64,000 nucleotides of DNA from Pristiophorus japonicus (taxonomy: Eukaryota). Below, one piece after another: positions 33,315 to 46,004 of this stretch. Below the pieces are notes generated by a model. It did no database searches, was not told the DNA's origin, and worked only from the letters and a program-made list of their open reading frames with translations. The translations under genes were made by a program, and so were the position numbers. The stretch is from NCBI RefSeq assembly GCF_044704955.1, contig NC_092008.1, positions 2,604,001 to 2,668,000 on the forward strand, read 5' to 3'. The first letter of the stretch is position 1. Each line of letters begins with the position of its first letter.

Positions 33315-34500
33315 AAAGGACTTGCATTTGTACACCACCATCGGTCGTCCTAAAACACTTTACAGACAATGAAGCATTTTTTTTGAAGTGCGGTCACTGT
33401 TGTAATGGAATCGGGCAATCGATTTGCGCACAGCAAGCTCCCACACACAGCGATGTGATAATGACCCAGATCGTCTGTTTTAGTGATGTTGGTCGAGGGA
33501 TAAATATTGGCCCCAGGACCCCGGGGAGAACTCCCCCTACTCTTCTTCCAATAGTTAGGAACGTCTTTAAGGAGGAAGGAGAGGTGGAGAGGTTTAGGGA
33601 GGAAGTTCTAGAGCTTGGGGCCCAGGCAACAGAAGGCACGGCCACCGATGGTGGAGGGATTATAATCAGGGATGCTCAGGAGGGCAGAATTAGAGGAGCG
33701 CAGAGATCTCGGGGGTTTGTGGGGCTGGAGGAGGTTACAGAAATAGGGAGGGGTCTGGTGGCTGGAGGGGATTACAGAGATAGGGAGGGGTGTAGGGGCT
33801 GGAGGGGGTTACAGAGATAAGGAGGGGTCTGGTGGCTGGAGGGGATTACAGAGATAGGGAGGGATCTGGAGGGGATTACAGAGATGGGGAGGGGTGTAGG
33901 GGCTGGAGGAGGTTACAGAGATAGGGAGGGGTCTGGTGGCTGGAGGGAATTAGAGATAGGGAGGGGTTTGGTGGCTGGAGGGGATTACAGAGATAGGGAG
34001 GTGTGTCGGGGCTGGAGGGGGTTACAGAGATAGGGAGGGGTGTAGGGGCTGGAGGGGGTTACAGAGATAGGGAGGGGCTGGAGGGGGTTACAGAGATAGG
34101 GAGGGGTGTAGGGGCTGGAGGAGGTTACAGAGATAGGGAGGGGGTGAGGAGGGATTTGTAGACAAGGATGAGAATTTTGAAGTCGAGGCGTTGTTTAACT
34201 GGGAGCCAATGGCTGGGTCAGTGAGCACAGGGGGTGATGGGTGAGCGGGACTCGGTGCGAGTTAGGACACAGGGGCAGCCGAGTTTTAGATCACCTCTAG
34301 TTTATGTTGGGGAGAATGTGGGAGGCCGGCCAGGATCGCAGCGCGTTGGAATAGTCAAGTCTGGAGGTAACAGAGGCACGGACGAGGGCTTCAGCAGCCG
34401 ATGAGCTGTGGCGGGGGACGGAGACGGGCGAGGTTACGGAGGGGGAAACAGACGGGTCGGGACTTGGATACGCCGCGGATAAGTGGCCGGAAGCTCATTG
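33315..34500 (-). mobile_element. DeuSINE fragment (to about 33555) plus L2 fragment with about 35-bp repeat (33720-34150)
   Basis: SINE tail/body reverse complement; L2 motifs; (ggctggaggaggttacagagatagggaggggtgtagg)n. Confidence 0.8.
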
Positions 34501-34639
34501 TGTGGCCTCGCCCAGTAAATCGCAGTCACCCAACGGTCAGATGCCGCAGATGCAGTTTGTTTGTGATCATCTCTCTGTGTTGCAGAGGGACCGACGCGAG
34601 AATCCCAGGGCTCCCTAAAGGTTCCCCGGTGCCTGTGGG

Positions 34640-34680
34640 ATGGCAGCAGTGTGGCAGCAGGTGCTAGCTGTTGATGCCAG
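34640..34680 (+). CDS. WDR13: WD repeat-containing protein 13, first coding exon (exon starts at 34586)
   Basis: ATG...MAAVWQQVLAVDA(R) matches the recalled WDR13 N-terminus; donor ag|gtaagg, phase 2. Confidence 0.95.
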
Positions 34681-34687
34681 GTAAGGA

Positions 34688-35500
34688 ATCATCATCATAG
34701 GCAGTCCCTCGGGATCGAGGAAGACATGAGTCCTCAGCTGGCTGAACAGCCCAATACGGGAACCACAGTCCCTGTCACAGGTGGGACAGACAGTGGTTGA
34801 GGGAAGGGGAGGGTGGGACTGGTTTGCCGCACGCTCCTTCCGCTGCCTGCGCTTGGTTTCTGCACGCTCTCGGCGACGAGACTCGAGGTGCTCAGCGCCC
34901 TCCCGGATGCACTCCCTCCACTTAGGACGGACTGGTCTTTGGGCCCGGGGGCTCCCAGGTGTCGGTGGGGGATGTTGCACTTTATCAGGGAGGCTTTGAG
35001 GGTGGTCCCTTGTAACGTTTCCTCTGCCCACCTTTGGCTCGTTTGCCCGTGAAGGAGTTCCGAGTCGAGCGCTCGCTTTGGGAGTCTCGTGTCTGGGGGG
35101 CATGCGGACAATGTGGCCCTGCCCAGCGGAGCTGGTCGAGTGTGGTCAGTGCTTCGATGCTGGGGATGTTGGGCCTGGTCGAGGACGCCAACGTTGGTGC
35201 GTCTGTCCTCCCGAGGGATTTGTAGGATCTTGCAGAGACATCGTTGGTGGTATTTCTCCAGCGACTTGAGGTGTCTGCTGTACACGGTCCGTGTCTCTGA
35301 GCCATACAGGAGGGCGGGTATCACTACAGCCCTGTAGACCAGGAGCTTGGTGGTAGATTTGAGGGCCTGGTCTTCAAACACTCTTTTCCTCAGGCGGCCG
35401 AAGGCTGCACTGGCGCACTGGAGGCGGTGTTGAATCTCGTCGTCAATGTCTGCCCTTGTTGATAAGAGGCTCCCGAGGTATGGGAATGGGACCCCCGGGG
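34688..35500 (-). mobile_element. RTE LINE 3' fragment
   Basis: VFEDQALKSTTKLLVYRAVVIPALLYGSET...; (atc)n tail at 34688. Confidence 0.9.
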
Positions 35501-35714
35501 AGGGGCGGCGAGTGAACGCTCCCCCTCGCCATTGTCCCGTCTCCAGTCAGCTTCACTCCGTTCCTCCAATCGGCTGAACCTGTTCTCCATAACCCTCCAC
35601 ATACCCTGCACCACGCCCGGCCTCCTGTGAAACCGTGACCTTGCTTCGCTGCCTCGTAAGAATTCATCGGAATTCGGAGAGGGGCTCGGCCTGCTCTGCC
35701 ATTCAGCCCTGGCT

Positions 35715-36600
35715 CGGGGCAGCAAACTCGCCTCCCACTCAGAAGGTTGTGGGTTCAAGACCCATTCCGAGGACCTGAGCTCAGAAATCTAAGCTGACGC
35801 TCCTGTGCAGTGCTGAGGGAGGGCCGCACTGCGCTGTCGGAGGGGCGGTACTGAGGGAGCGCCGCACTGCGCTGTCGGAGGGGCGGTACTGAGGGAGCGC
35901 CGCACTGTGCTGTCGGAGGGGCAGTACTGAGGGAGCGCCGCACTGCGCTGTCGGAGGGACGGTATTGAGGGAGCGCCGCACTGCGCTGTCGGAGGGACGG
36001 TATTGAGGGAGGGCCGCACTGCGCTGTCGGAGGGGCGGTACTGAGGGAGCTCCGCACTGTCGGAGGGGCGGTACTGAGGGAGCTCCGCACTGTCGGAGGG
36101 GCGGTACTGAGGGAGCCCCGCACTGTCGGAGGGCGGTACTGAGGGAGCTCCGTACTGTCGGAGGGGAGGTACTGAGGGAGCTCCGCACTGTCGGAGGGGC
36201 GGTACTGAGGGAGCTCCGCACTGTCGGAGGGCGGTACTGAGGGAGCTCCGTACTGTCGGAGGGCGGTACTGAGGGAGCTCCGTACTGTCGGAGGGGCAGC
36301 ACTGAGGGAGCGCTGCACTGTCGGAGGGGCGGTACTGAGGGAGCGCTGCACTGTCGGAGGGGCGGTACTGAGGGAGCGCTGCACTGTCGGAGGGGCGGTA
36401 CTGAGGGAGCGCTGCACTGTCGGAGGGGCGGTACTGAGGGAGCTCCGCACTGTCGGAGGGGCGGTACTGAGGGAGCGCCGCACTGTCGGAGGGGCAGTAC
36501 TGAGGGAGCGCCGCACTGTCGGAGGGGCGGTACTGATGGAGTGTCGGAGGGGCGGTACTGAGGGAGCCCCGCACTGTCGGAGGGGCGGTACTGAGGGAAC
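35715..36600 (+). mobile_element. DeuSINE-like SINE head (tRNA-like B box ggttcaagaccc) followed by 33-bp minisatellite (35810-36600)
   Basis: Head cagaaggttgtgggttcaagacccattcc, then array. Confidence 0.8.
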
Positions 36601-36612
36601 GCCACCCGTTGA

Positions 36613-37152
<540 letters not shown>

Positions 37153-39029
37153 TGACTGCTGCTGGCGCACACCGGTGTGTGTTTGAGAGGGAGAGGCAGG
37201 GTNNNNNNNNNNNNNNNNNNNNNNNNNNNNNNNNNNNNNNNNNNNNNNNNNNNNNNNNNNNNNNNNNNNNNNNNNNNNNNNNNNNNNNNNNNNNNNNNNN
37301 NNNNNNNNNNNNNNNNNNNNNNNNNNNNNNNNNNNNNNNNNNNNNNNNNNNNNNNNNNNNNNNNNNNNNNGGGAGGAGGAGGGGGGGTAGAGGAGGAGGA
37401 GGGGAGGGAGGAGGGGGGTAGAGGAGGAGNNNNNNNNNNNNNNNNNNNNNNNNNNNNNNNNNNNNNNNNNNNNNNNNNNNNNNNNNNNNNNNNNNNNNNN
37501 NNNNNNNNNNNNNNNNNNNNNNNNNNNNNNNNNNNNNNNNNNNNNNNNNNNNNNNNNNNNNNNNNNNNNNNNNNNNNNNNNNNNNNNNNNNNNNNNNNNN
37601 NNNNNNNNNNNNNNNNNNNNNNNNNNNNNNNNNNNNNNNNNNNNNNNNNNNNNNNNNNNNNNNNNNNNNNNNNNNNNNNNNNNNNNNNNNNNNNNNNNNN
37701 NNNNNNNNNNNNNNNNNNNNNNNNNNNNNNNNNNNNNNNNNNNNNNNNNNNNNNNNNNNNNNNNNNNNNNNNNNNNNNNNNNNNNNNNNNNNNNNNNNNN
37801 NNNNNNNNACAGCCGTGATCCGCTGGCCTTGTAGCGGTGAACATGATCCCCGATCTGTTCCTATAGTGACTGGACATGTTTACCAGGTGTAGTCTGTGCT
37901 AGAGGAAGTGGAAAATACGGGATCCATTTACACACCTCCGGTGTCGGTTCAAGCAGAGTGTTGAACTCGGCTTTTTGAAGGAAACCTATATGCAAAGTAG
38001 ATATGATCATTAGTAACATTACAGCCTCAGTTACGTAAAATGTCAGCCGGCCATGTGATATGCGGCCGGACCGGTTTCTCGGGCAATTATTCCGCAGCGA
38101 AGCGTCTTTAAAGGCTTCAAAGTGATGGTGCTGCTTTCGTTCCCACTGGTGGTGGCCGGCCGGCTTTCAGGTGGGGCGATGTTTTCTGTTCAGTGGTTTT
38201 GGGCCGACCTGAGGGTGTGAAAGTTGCCACTTTAAGTGCAAGTTCATTCGTGATCTCTTCCCCCGGCAATGCGCCGTTTGTTTTCCGTTGTGAATCCCAC
38301 GCGACTGACCCGTGACGATTGGCGAAAAGGCAAGACGCCCGAAGTGCGCAGGGGGCCCTTCAGCGCTGGAAACTGTTAACGTCTTTGTCACAGTCAATGC
38401 TCCCTGAAAATTGTTTCTTGGTGCATGGACCCTTAAATCTTTTGCGCCTGCGTGGTTATCTCCACTAACTCTTGTGAGCGGACCGCATGGGTCCGCCCAC
38501 CGCTGCTCAGCCGCACAGCTTAACGGCGGCATTGCATTGGTGAGCCCTCAACCCTCGAGCCCCCTGGCCACTCTGTTCTCCTCCCCCCCCCACCCACGCC
38601 CCCCCGGCCCTTCCCCCTCCAGCTCCCCCAGCCCCTCTCTTTCCCCCCCCCCACCAGCCCCGAGCCCCCTTTCTTACATCACTGTGTTGTGTTTGATTTC
38701 CGAGTTGCAGCAGTTTGTTGTCTGGCCTCTCCAGCCTGCCCACTCCCACGCAGGGGCTCCCTGCCAGTCTGCCTGGAGTGAGCCTCTCGCTGGCACGAGT
38801 TTGAATTTGTGTGACCTCGTGAGCAGAATTGGGAATTCTATCCACGATGCCCAGGCAATAAAAACCAGCAAACTGCAACAAAATCAATAAATAAAAAAGT
38901 AAATAAATCAGAAAAAATTCCATTTGAGGCAGGTGATTTTCCCATTCTCGGGCAGCGCCCTGCCACAGGTCAGGCCAGTGCTGCCCTTCAGCTGTTTGCA
39001 AGGAAGTGCGTGGGTAGTGCCACGGTTAA

Positions 39030-39810
39030 GTAGGAAAGCCTTGCATTTATAGAGCGCCTCAGAATTTCCCAAAACACTTTATATTTAATGAAGGACTTTT
39101 CGAAGTGTTGAAGCGTGGGAAACACAGCAGCCAACTTGCGCACAGCAAGCTCCCACAAACATCTCTCTCAAGGTGCTTGTTGAGGGATAGATTTTGTCCA
39201 TGACACGGGGAGAACTCCCCTGCTCCTCTTCAAGATACTCAAGAGGGCAGATTTAACGTCTATTTCGAATGACGCCCCTCCGACAGCGCGGCGCTCCCTC
39301 GGCGCCGCCTCTCCGACAGTGCGGCGCTCCCTCAGTACCGCCCCTCCGACAGTGCGGCGCTCCCTCAGTACCGCCCCTCCGACGGTGCGGCGCTCCCTCA
39401 GGACCGCCCCTCCGACGGTGCGGCGCTCCCTCAGTACCGCCCCTCCGACGGTGCGGCGCTCCCTCAGTACTGCCCCTCCGACAGTGCGGGGCTCCCTCAG
39501 TACTGCCCCTCCGACAGTGCGGGGCTCCCTCAGGACCGCCCCTCCGACGGTGCGGCGCTCCCTCAGTACCGCCCCTCCGACGGTGCGGTGCTCCCTCAGT
39601 ACTGCCCCTCCGACAGTGCGGGGCTCCCTCAGTACCGCCCCTCCGACAGTGCGGCGCTCCCTCAGTACCGCCCCTCCGACGGTGCGGCGCTCCCTCAGTA
39701 CCGCCCCTCCGACGGTGCGGCGCTCCCTCAGTACCGCCCCTCCGAAGGTGCGGCGCTCCGTCAGTACCGCCCCTCCGACGGTGCGGCGCTCCCTCAGTAC
39801 CGCCCCTCCC
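39030..39810 (-). mobile_element. DeuSINE-like SINE with 33-bp minisatellite (39272-39810)
   Basis: Reverse complement of the same unit and SINE tail. Confidence 0.82.
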
Positions 39811-39869
39811 GAAGTACTAACAACAGCTCTTTGCAAACCTCCCAACCCACAAAATCCACACAGGGCAAA

Positions 39870-40710
39870 TGAGCCAATAGGGCAAGTAGAGAGGAGATGA
39901 GAATGTTTTTACGCAGCGAGTTGGTGTGAACGGGAACGTGCTGCCAGAAAGGGCCGTGGAAACAGATTCAATAGTAACTTTCAAACAGGGAATTGGATAA
40001 ATACTTGAAAAGGAAACATTTTGAGGGCTGTGGGGAAAGAGCAGTGGGTGGAGTGAGTCTAATTGCATAGCTTCTTTCAAGAGCCGGCACAGGAACGATG
40101 GGTCAACTGGCCGGCTTCTGTGCTGTATCCCTTATCCGTGCCTTTGTTACCTCCAGACTTGACTCTTTCAACATGCTGCGCTCCTGGCTGGCCTCCCATG
40201 TTCTACCCTCCGTAAATTTGAAGTCATCCAAAACCCGGCTGCCCCCCGTGTCCTAACTCGCACCGAGTCCCGCTCACCCATCACCCCCTGTGCCCGCCGA
40301 CTACATTGGCTCCTAGTTAAGCAACGCCTTGATTTCAAAATTCTCTATCCTTGTTTCCAAATCCCTCCCTTGCCCCTCCCTATAACGTTAAACCCCCCCC
40401 ACCCAGAGATATCTGCGCTCCTCCAATTCTGGCCTCTTGCGCATCCCCCCCGATTTCTATCGCTCCGCCATTGGTGGCCGTGCCTTCAGCCGCCTGGGCC
40501 CCAAGCTCTGGAACTCCCTCCCTAAACCTCTCCGCCTCTCTCTCCCCCTTTAAGACGCTCCTTAAAACCGACCTCTGTGACCCAGCTTTTGGTCGCCTGT
40601 CCCTAATCTCCTTATGGTGGCTTGGTGTCAAATTGTGTTTGATAACGCTCCTGTGAAGCGCCTGGGAACGTTTTACTGCGTTGAAGGCGCTATATAATGC
40701 AAGTTATTGA
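39870..40710 (+). mobile_element. CR1 tail (to about 40130) and unexpanded L2 3' fragment (40135-40710)
   Basis: L2: AFVTSRLD, single copy of gtgtcctaactcgcaccgagtcccgctcacccatcacc, tail gaaggcgctatataatgcaagtt. Confidence 0.8.
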
Positions 40711-41292
40711 ATCATTCTGTATGATAAGGAGCCGAGCACGAGTTGGCTGGTAGCGGGTGCTGGTTCTGCTGAAGGGAAAGTCACTCCCGGGTCCGTTCCT
40801 TGCCCTGATCTCCGAGGAGCTAGTTTTAGAGTAACCATGCTCTCTGTCAGGAGGAATATATCTCCGGTCTGATCGACCAACAAAAAAAAACCAAGGGCTG
40901 TTGCAGTTTTTAACCGCACCTTCCGAGTGTGAATGTTGGGAATGTGGTGGAGGTGTGTGGGGAATTCCATAGCCAAGCTGCAGAGGAGATGGTTCGATAA
41001 TGTCAAGCCTTTGAAAAGTGGAATGTGTGTGTGAGAGAGAGACAGAGAGGAATTGCTAATGTATCTCGCAGATCGTCGACACGAAACTGGCACAGTCATC
41101 GGGGCCTTGTGCTTGATGCCTCTGCTGGGTTTAGTGGAGCTGTCCCTGTAAACTGAATGCAGCCTATCGTTGCGAATGAAACAAGCACCAAAGTGTGAGG
41201 TCTTTGTGTTGTGTACTTGAATGAGGCCTGTCCTTTGCGCTGACACTAGCACTGGAGTGGGGCCTTTCCTTTTATACTCAAACCGGTACTAA

Positions 41293-42300
41293 TCATAGAC
41301 ATTTCAGGCACAGGAGGAGGCCATTTCGGCCCATCGTGTCCGCGTTGCGCCGGCCGACCAAGAGCCATCCCGGCCTAATCCCACTTTCCCGCTCTCGGTC
41401 TGTAGCCCTGTAGGTTACGGCACTTCGAGCGCACGTCCAAATGTGGTGAGGGTTTCTGCCTCTACCGCCATTTCAGGCAGTGAGTTCCCCCCCAGACCCC
41501 CACCACCCTCTGGGTGAAGACATTTCCCCTCGAAACCTCCCCCCAATTTCTTTAAATCTATGCCTCCTGGTTGTTGACCCCTCTGCCAAGGGAAACCGGT
41601 CCGTCCTAGCCACTCTATCCAGGCCCCTATCAATTAAATCTCCCCTCAGCCTCCTCTGTTCCAAAGAAAACAACCCCAGCCTATCCAATCTTTCCTCATC
41701 GCTAAAATTCTCCAGTCCCAGCAACATCCTGGTAAATCTCTGTACCCTCTCTAGTGCAACATCCTGGTAAATCACCTCTGTACCCTCTCTAGTGCAACAT
41801 CCTGGTAAATCTCCTCTGTACCCTCTCTAGTGCAACATCCTGGTAAATCTCCTCTGCACCCTCTCTAGTGCAACATCCTGGTAAATCTCCTCTGTACTCT
41901 CTCTAGTGCAATCACATCTTTCCTGTAATGTGGTGACCAGAACTGCATGCAGATATGGCCCTTATAACAGGGATCAAGGGGTATGGAGAGAAGGCAGGAA
42001 AGGGGTACTGAAGTTGCATGATCAGCCATGATCTTATTGAATGGTGGTGCAGGCTCGAAGGGCCGAATGGCCTACTCCTGCACCTATTTTCTATGTTTTT
42101 GTTTCTACTCCAGCTGTGGCCTAGCTAGTGTTTTATACAGTTCAAGCATAACCCCCCCCCTCCCAGCTCTCGTATTCTATGCCTCGGCTAATAAAGGCAA
42201 GTATTCCATCTGACTTCTTATCGACCTGTCCTGCTACCTTCAGGGATCTGTGGACCTGCACTCGAAAATCCCTCTGATCCTCTGCACTTCTCAGTGTGCT
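41293..42300 (-). mobile_element. CR1 fragment with short 38-bp array (41720-41910) and a nested plus-strand CR1 tail
   Basis: [42 protein letters not shown]. Confidence 0.85.
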
Positions 42301-43109
42301 GGAGCGAGGCCTATCCTTTATGCTGAAAGCAGTACTCGGGTGAAGGCAATCCTTGGAAGTGAGTGATTTACAGTAGCTGACTTGCAGTCGGAAGCCTGGC
42401 CTAGCAGGAGGATGTCTCATTTGGCGATCATTCTGTGACACAGCTGCCCCTGAACAGCAGCACAAACCGACTTACTACAATTATACAGTCTGTCTGAGAC
42501 ACGCATGTGAATGGGAGGTTGCAAAAACAGTGTTTTCAGCAGTAGCAAGAACTTTAGGTCACACAAGGCTTTTTTTTTTTGGCTGAGGCAAACACTTTTT
42601 TTTTTGCAGTGATTTCTTTGTATGGCGCAGAATGTTAATGCAGTCTGACCCGTATTACATTGCACGCTGCAATCGGATCCGTTTTAAGCAGCCATCGGGA
42701 ATTTCTGAGACTGAGTGACCTGCAGCCTGCAGGAAAGGGGAATTACATTGAGGTTAGGTCGAGCTGCCAGGGACTTTACATAGGGAAGACGAGCAGGGGT
42801 TATTCCAGCCCTCGGTAAATGTCGCAGTCACCGGTGCTTTCTCGCGGGCATCTGTGGACTGAGCTCAACAGCTTTATTGTGGGCTGGATGAAATTCTGGC
42901 TGCTGCACATTGGAAGGTCCCACCAGCTCGTTTCCTTCCCGTGATCTTCCTGAAGGCGTTCATTTGTAATGTTCAAACCGGGCTGGCTGCCGTCGGGTAA
43001 GATCATTAGAGTCGCAAGTCTTCAGGTGCCAGTCGAGACATCAGGATGTGGCCCCGTGGGCCAAGTGCTCTTGCCGCCCATTCCGCAAAGCCCCCTCCTG
43101 TTTTGTTCC

Positions 43110-44185
43110 TTGAATTAGGAGCAGGAGTCGGCCATACAGCCCCTCGAGCCTGCTCCGCCATCCAAAGGGATCGTTGGCTGATCTTCGAGCTCAGCTGCAC
43201 ATTCCCGCCCGATCCCTCGAGTTCAAAAATCTATCGATTTCCGCCTTGAATATGTTCAGAGACCCAGCGTCCACAGCCCTCGGCGGGGCAGAGAATCGAA
43301 AGATTCACCACCCTCTTGAGTGAAGAAATTTCTCCTCATCTCTGTCTGAAATGGTCGACCCCTTATCCTGAGACTGTGAGATCCCTGGTTCTAGACTCTC
43401 TGCATCTACCCTGTCGATCCCCCTCAGGATTTTGTATGTTTCAATGAGATCACCTAAACTCCAGAGAGTATAGGCCCATTCTACACAATCTCTCCTCATT
43501 GACAACCTTCTCATTCCAGGAATCGATCCAGTGAATCTCTGTTGCACCGCCTCCAAGGCAAGTATATCCTTCCTTCGATAAGGAGACCAAAACTGTGCAC
43601 AGTACTCCAGGTGTGGTCTCACCAGGGCCCTGTATAATTGCAGCAAGACTCCTTACTCTTATACTCCAACCCCCTTGCAATAAAGGCCAACATGCCATTT
43701 GCCTTCCTTATTGCTTGCTGTCCCTGCATACTAACGCTTTGTTTCTTGCACAAGGATATCTTCTACCCTGTCCCCAGCTGTACACCTCAACTTCCTACTC
43801 CCTGCCCCCTGTCCCGCCCCCGATAGAGGACTTGAAAATTGTGAAGGAGTTTGATACTGTAGACGTAGAGATTTTGTGGGGGAGGCCAGAACTAGGGGGC
43901 CATCAGTATAAGACAGTCACTAATAAACCCAATGGGGAATTCAGGAGAAACCTCTTTACCCAGAGAGCGGTGAGAATGTGGAACTCGCTGCCACAGGGAG
44001 GGGTTGAGGCGAATAGTATCGATGTATTTAAGGGGAAGCTGGATAAACATATGGGGGAGAAAGGAATAGAAGGAGGGGGTGATGGGGGGTGATGGAGAGG
44101 GGTGGGAGCGGGCTAGTGTGGAGCATAAACCCCGGCACGGAGCGGTGGGGTTCTATGGCCTGTAACTGTGTGGTAAATTCGATGG
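43110..44185. mobile_element. CR1 fragments (minus 43110-43750, plus 43825-44185)
   Basis: LQLYRALVRPHLEYCAQFWSP; FRRNLFTQRAVRMWNSLP. Confidence 0.85.
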
Positions 44186-44524
44186 AAAATACCCAGCAGA
44201 CCCGTCGACGTCTGTAAAGGGGATACCACCGGCGTATTCTGCCCGCTGTTCCTAGTCACTGACCGTTACTATTGAATTCAGAAACTCCATCCAAGTCGTG
44301 AGGCTTTCTTCTCTGCTGCAGTCTCCTGCCAAGATAAAATAGAAGACATGTTAACTAAGGAAAACATTGGTCTAATCCTTTTGATAGTGTTTTAATTTAT
44401 TTTTTAATTAGCATTCTGGGGCCATTCCCTGAAGCACAGTAACTGTAAATACATCGCTAGCTTTGCAGTTGATGTTAGAATTTCACCAATTCAGCTGCAG
44501 CCATGTTCATGCTTGTGGGATATT

Positions 44525-45315
44525 TGGAGTTGACTCAGTGCATAGCACTCTCTAGCCAGAGCCAGCAGATTTTGGGTTCAAGCCCCAATCCAGAGACTCG
44601 ATCCCATAATCGAGGCTGACATTCCCAGTGCAGTGCTGAGGGAGCGCCGTACTGCTCTGTTGGAGGGGCAGTACTGAGGGAGCGCCGCACTGCGCTGTCG
44701 GAGGGGCGGTACCGAGGGAGCGCCACACTGTCGGAGGGGCGGTACTGAGGGAGCGCCGTACTGCGCTGTTGGAGGGGCAGTACTGAGGGAGCGCCGCACT
44801 GCGCTGTCGGAGGGGCGGTACCGAGGGAGCGCCACACTGTCGGAGGGGCGGTACCGAGGGAGCGCCGCGCTGTCGGAGGGGCGGTACCGAGGGAGCGCCG
44901 CGCTGTCGGAGGGGCGGTACCGAGGGAGCGCCGCGCTGTCGGAGGGGCGGTACCGAGGGAGCGCCGCGCTGTCGAAGGGGTGGTCTTTCAAATAAGACAT
45001 TAAGCCGAGGCCCCGTCTGCGCGCTCGGGTGGATGTAAAAGATCCCATGGCCACTATTTCGAAGAAGAGCCGGGGGAGTTCGCCCCGGTGTCCTGGGGCC
45101 AATATTAACCCTCAACCAACATCACTAAAAATAGATTATGTGGTCATTAACACATTGCTGTTCGTGGGAGCTTGCTGTGCATAAATTGTCTGCTACGTTT
45201 CCCACATTACAATAGCGACCGCACTTTTTAAAAAGTGCTTCATTGGCTGTGAGGAGCTTTGGGACGTCGTGAGATGAAAGGCGCTGTAGAGGTGAAAGTC
45301 TTTCCGTTTTTATTT
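44525..45315 (+). mobile_element. Near full-length DeuSINE-like SINE with about 10 copies of the 33/38-bp unit
   Basis: Head with gggttcaagccc, array 44630-44980, body, tail gaaaggcgctgtaga. Confidence 0.85.
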
Positions 45316-46004
45316 TCACGCTTCAAATACCGAGCCGAAAATAATCACGCTTGCATCTAGAGGAAGCTTCGAGCGTAGACAGGCGCTCGAGCAGGTCAAA
45401 CATTCTCGCGCACCATTGATGCAATAATCTTTGCAACCGCAGTAATAGATCGTCCAACGGCTCTGTGTTGATGTGCGCTCGTCCCCAGGGCTGGCCTGTT
45501 GGCATGGCAATCCTTTCTAATTTATACGGGCTTTTATCTTTTTAAAAACAAAACCAAGTGGCCTCTTATTGTGTGTGTGTGTGCGCGTGTTTTTGAACTG
45601 CTTTGCACCTTTTTGATCAGCTGAATAGTCCCTCTTTGCTATTATCTGACGAGCTCTTCCCATAACGCCATCGGTTTTGCCTCAACAAGTCCAATCAGTT
45701 GTCTTGGGTGTTTTTTTTTTAATCGGATGGGGGAGGAGAGGGCAGCGCTGTAGACGGTAAATTCCACCATGGTCAGCAAGTGTTACCCGGCATTGATGCG
45801 GCAAGATATCGATCTTCAGCACTGCACTGATCTGCCAGAATGATAAGCCACCTCAGCGAACTGTGAATCTCCCTGCTTTTAGAACTTGTTCGCAACCGAG
45901 TTATTGATGTCGGGCTGCGAAGCTTTTAGACGCGTTCGAAAGCTGGCGAGTGAAGAGGGAGGACCCTCTTAACCCCTTCGCTGAAACATTGCTCGCTGAA
46001 GGTA

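Noticed and set aside
35715-35775. tRNA-like B box
   Set aside because: It is the head of a SINE, not a full cloverleaf tRNA gene
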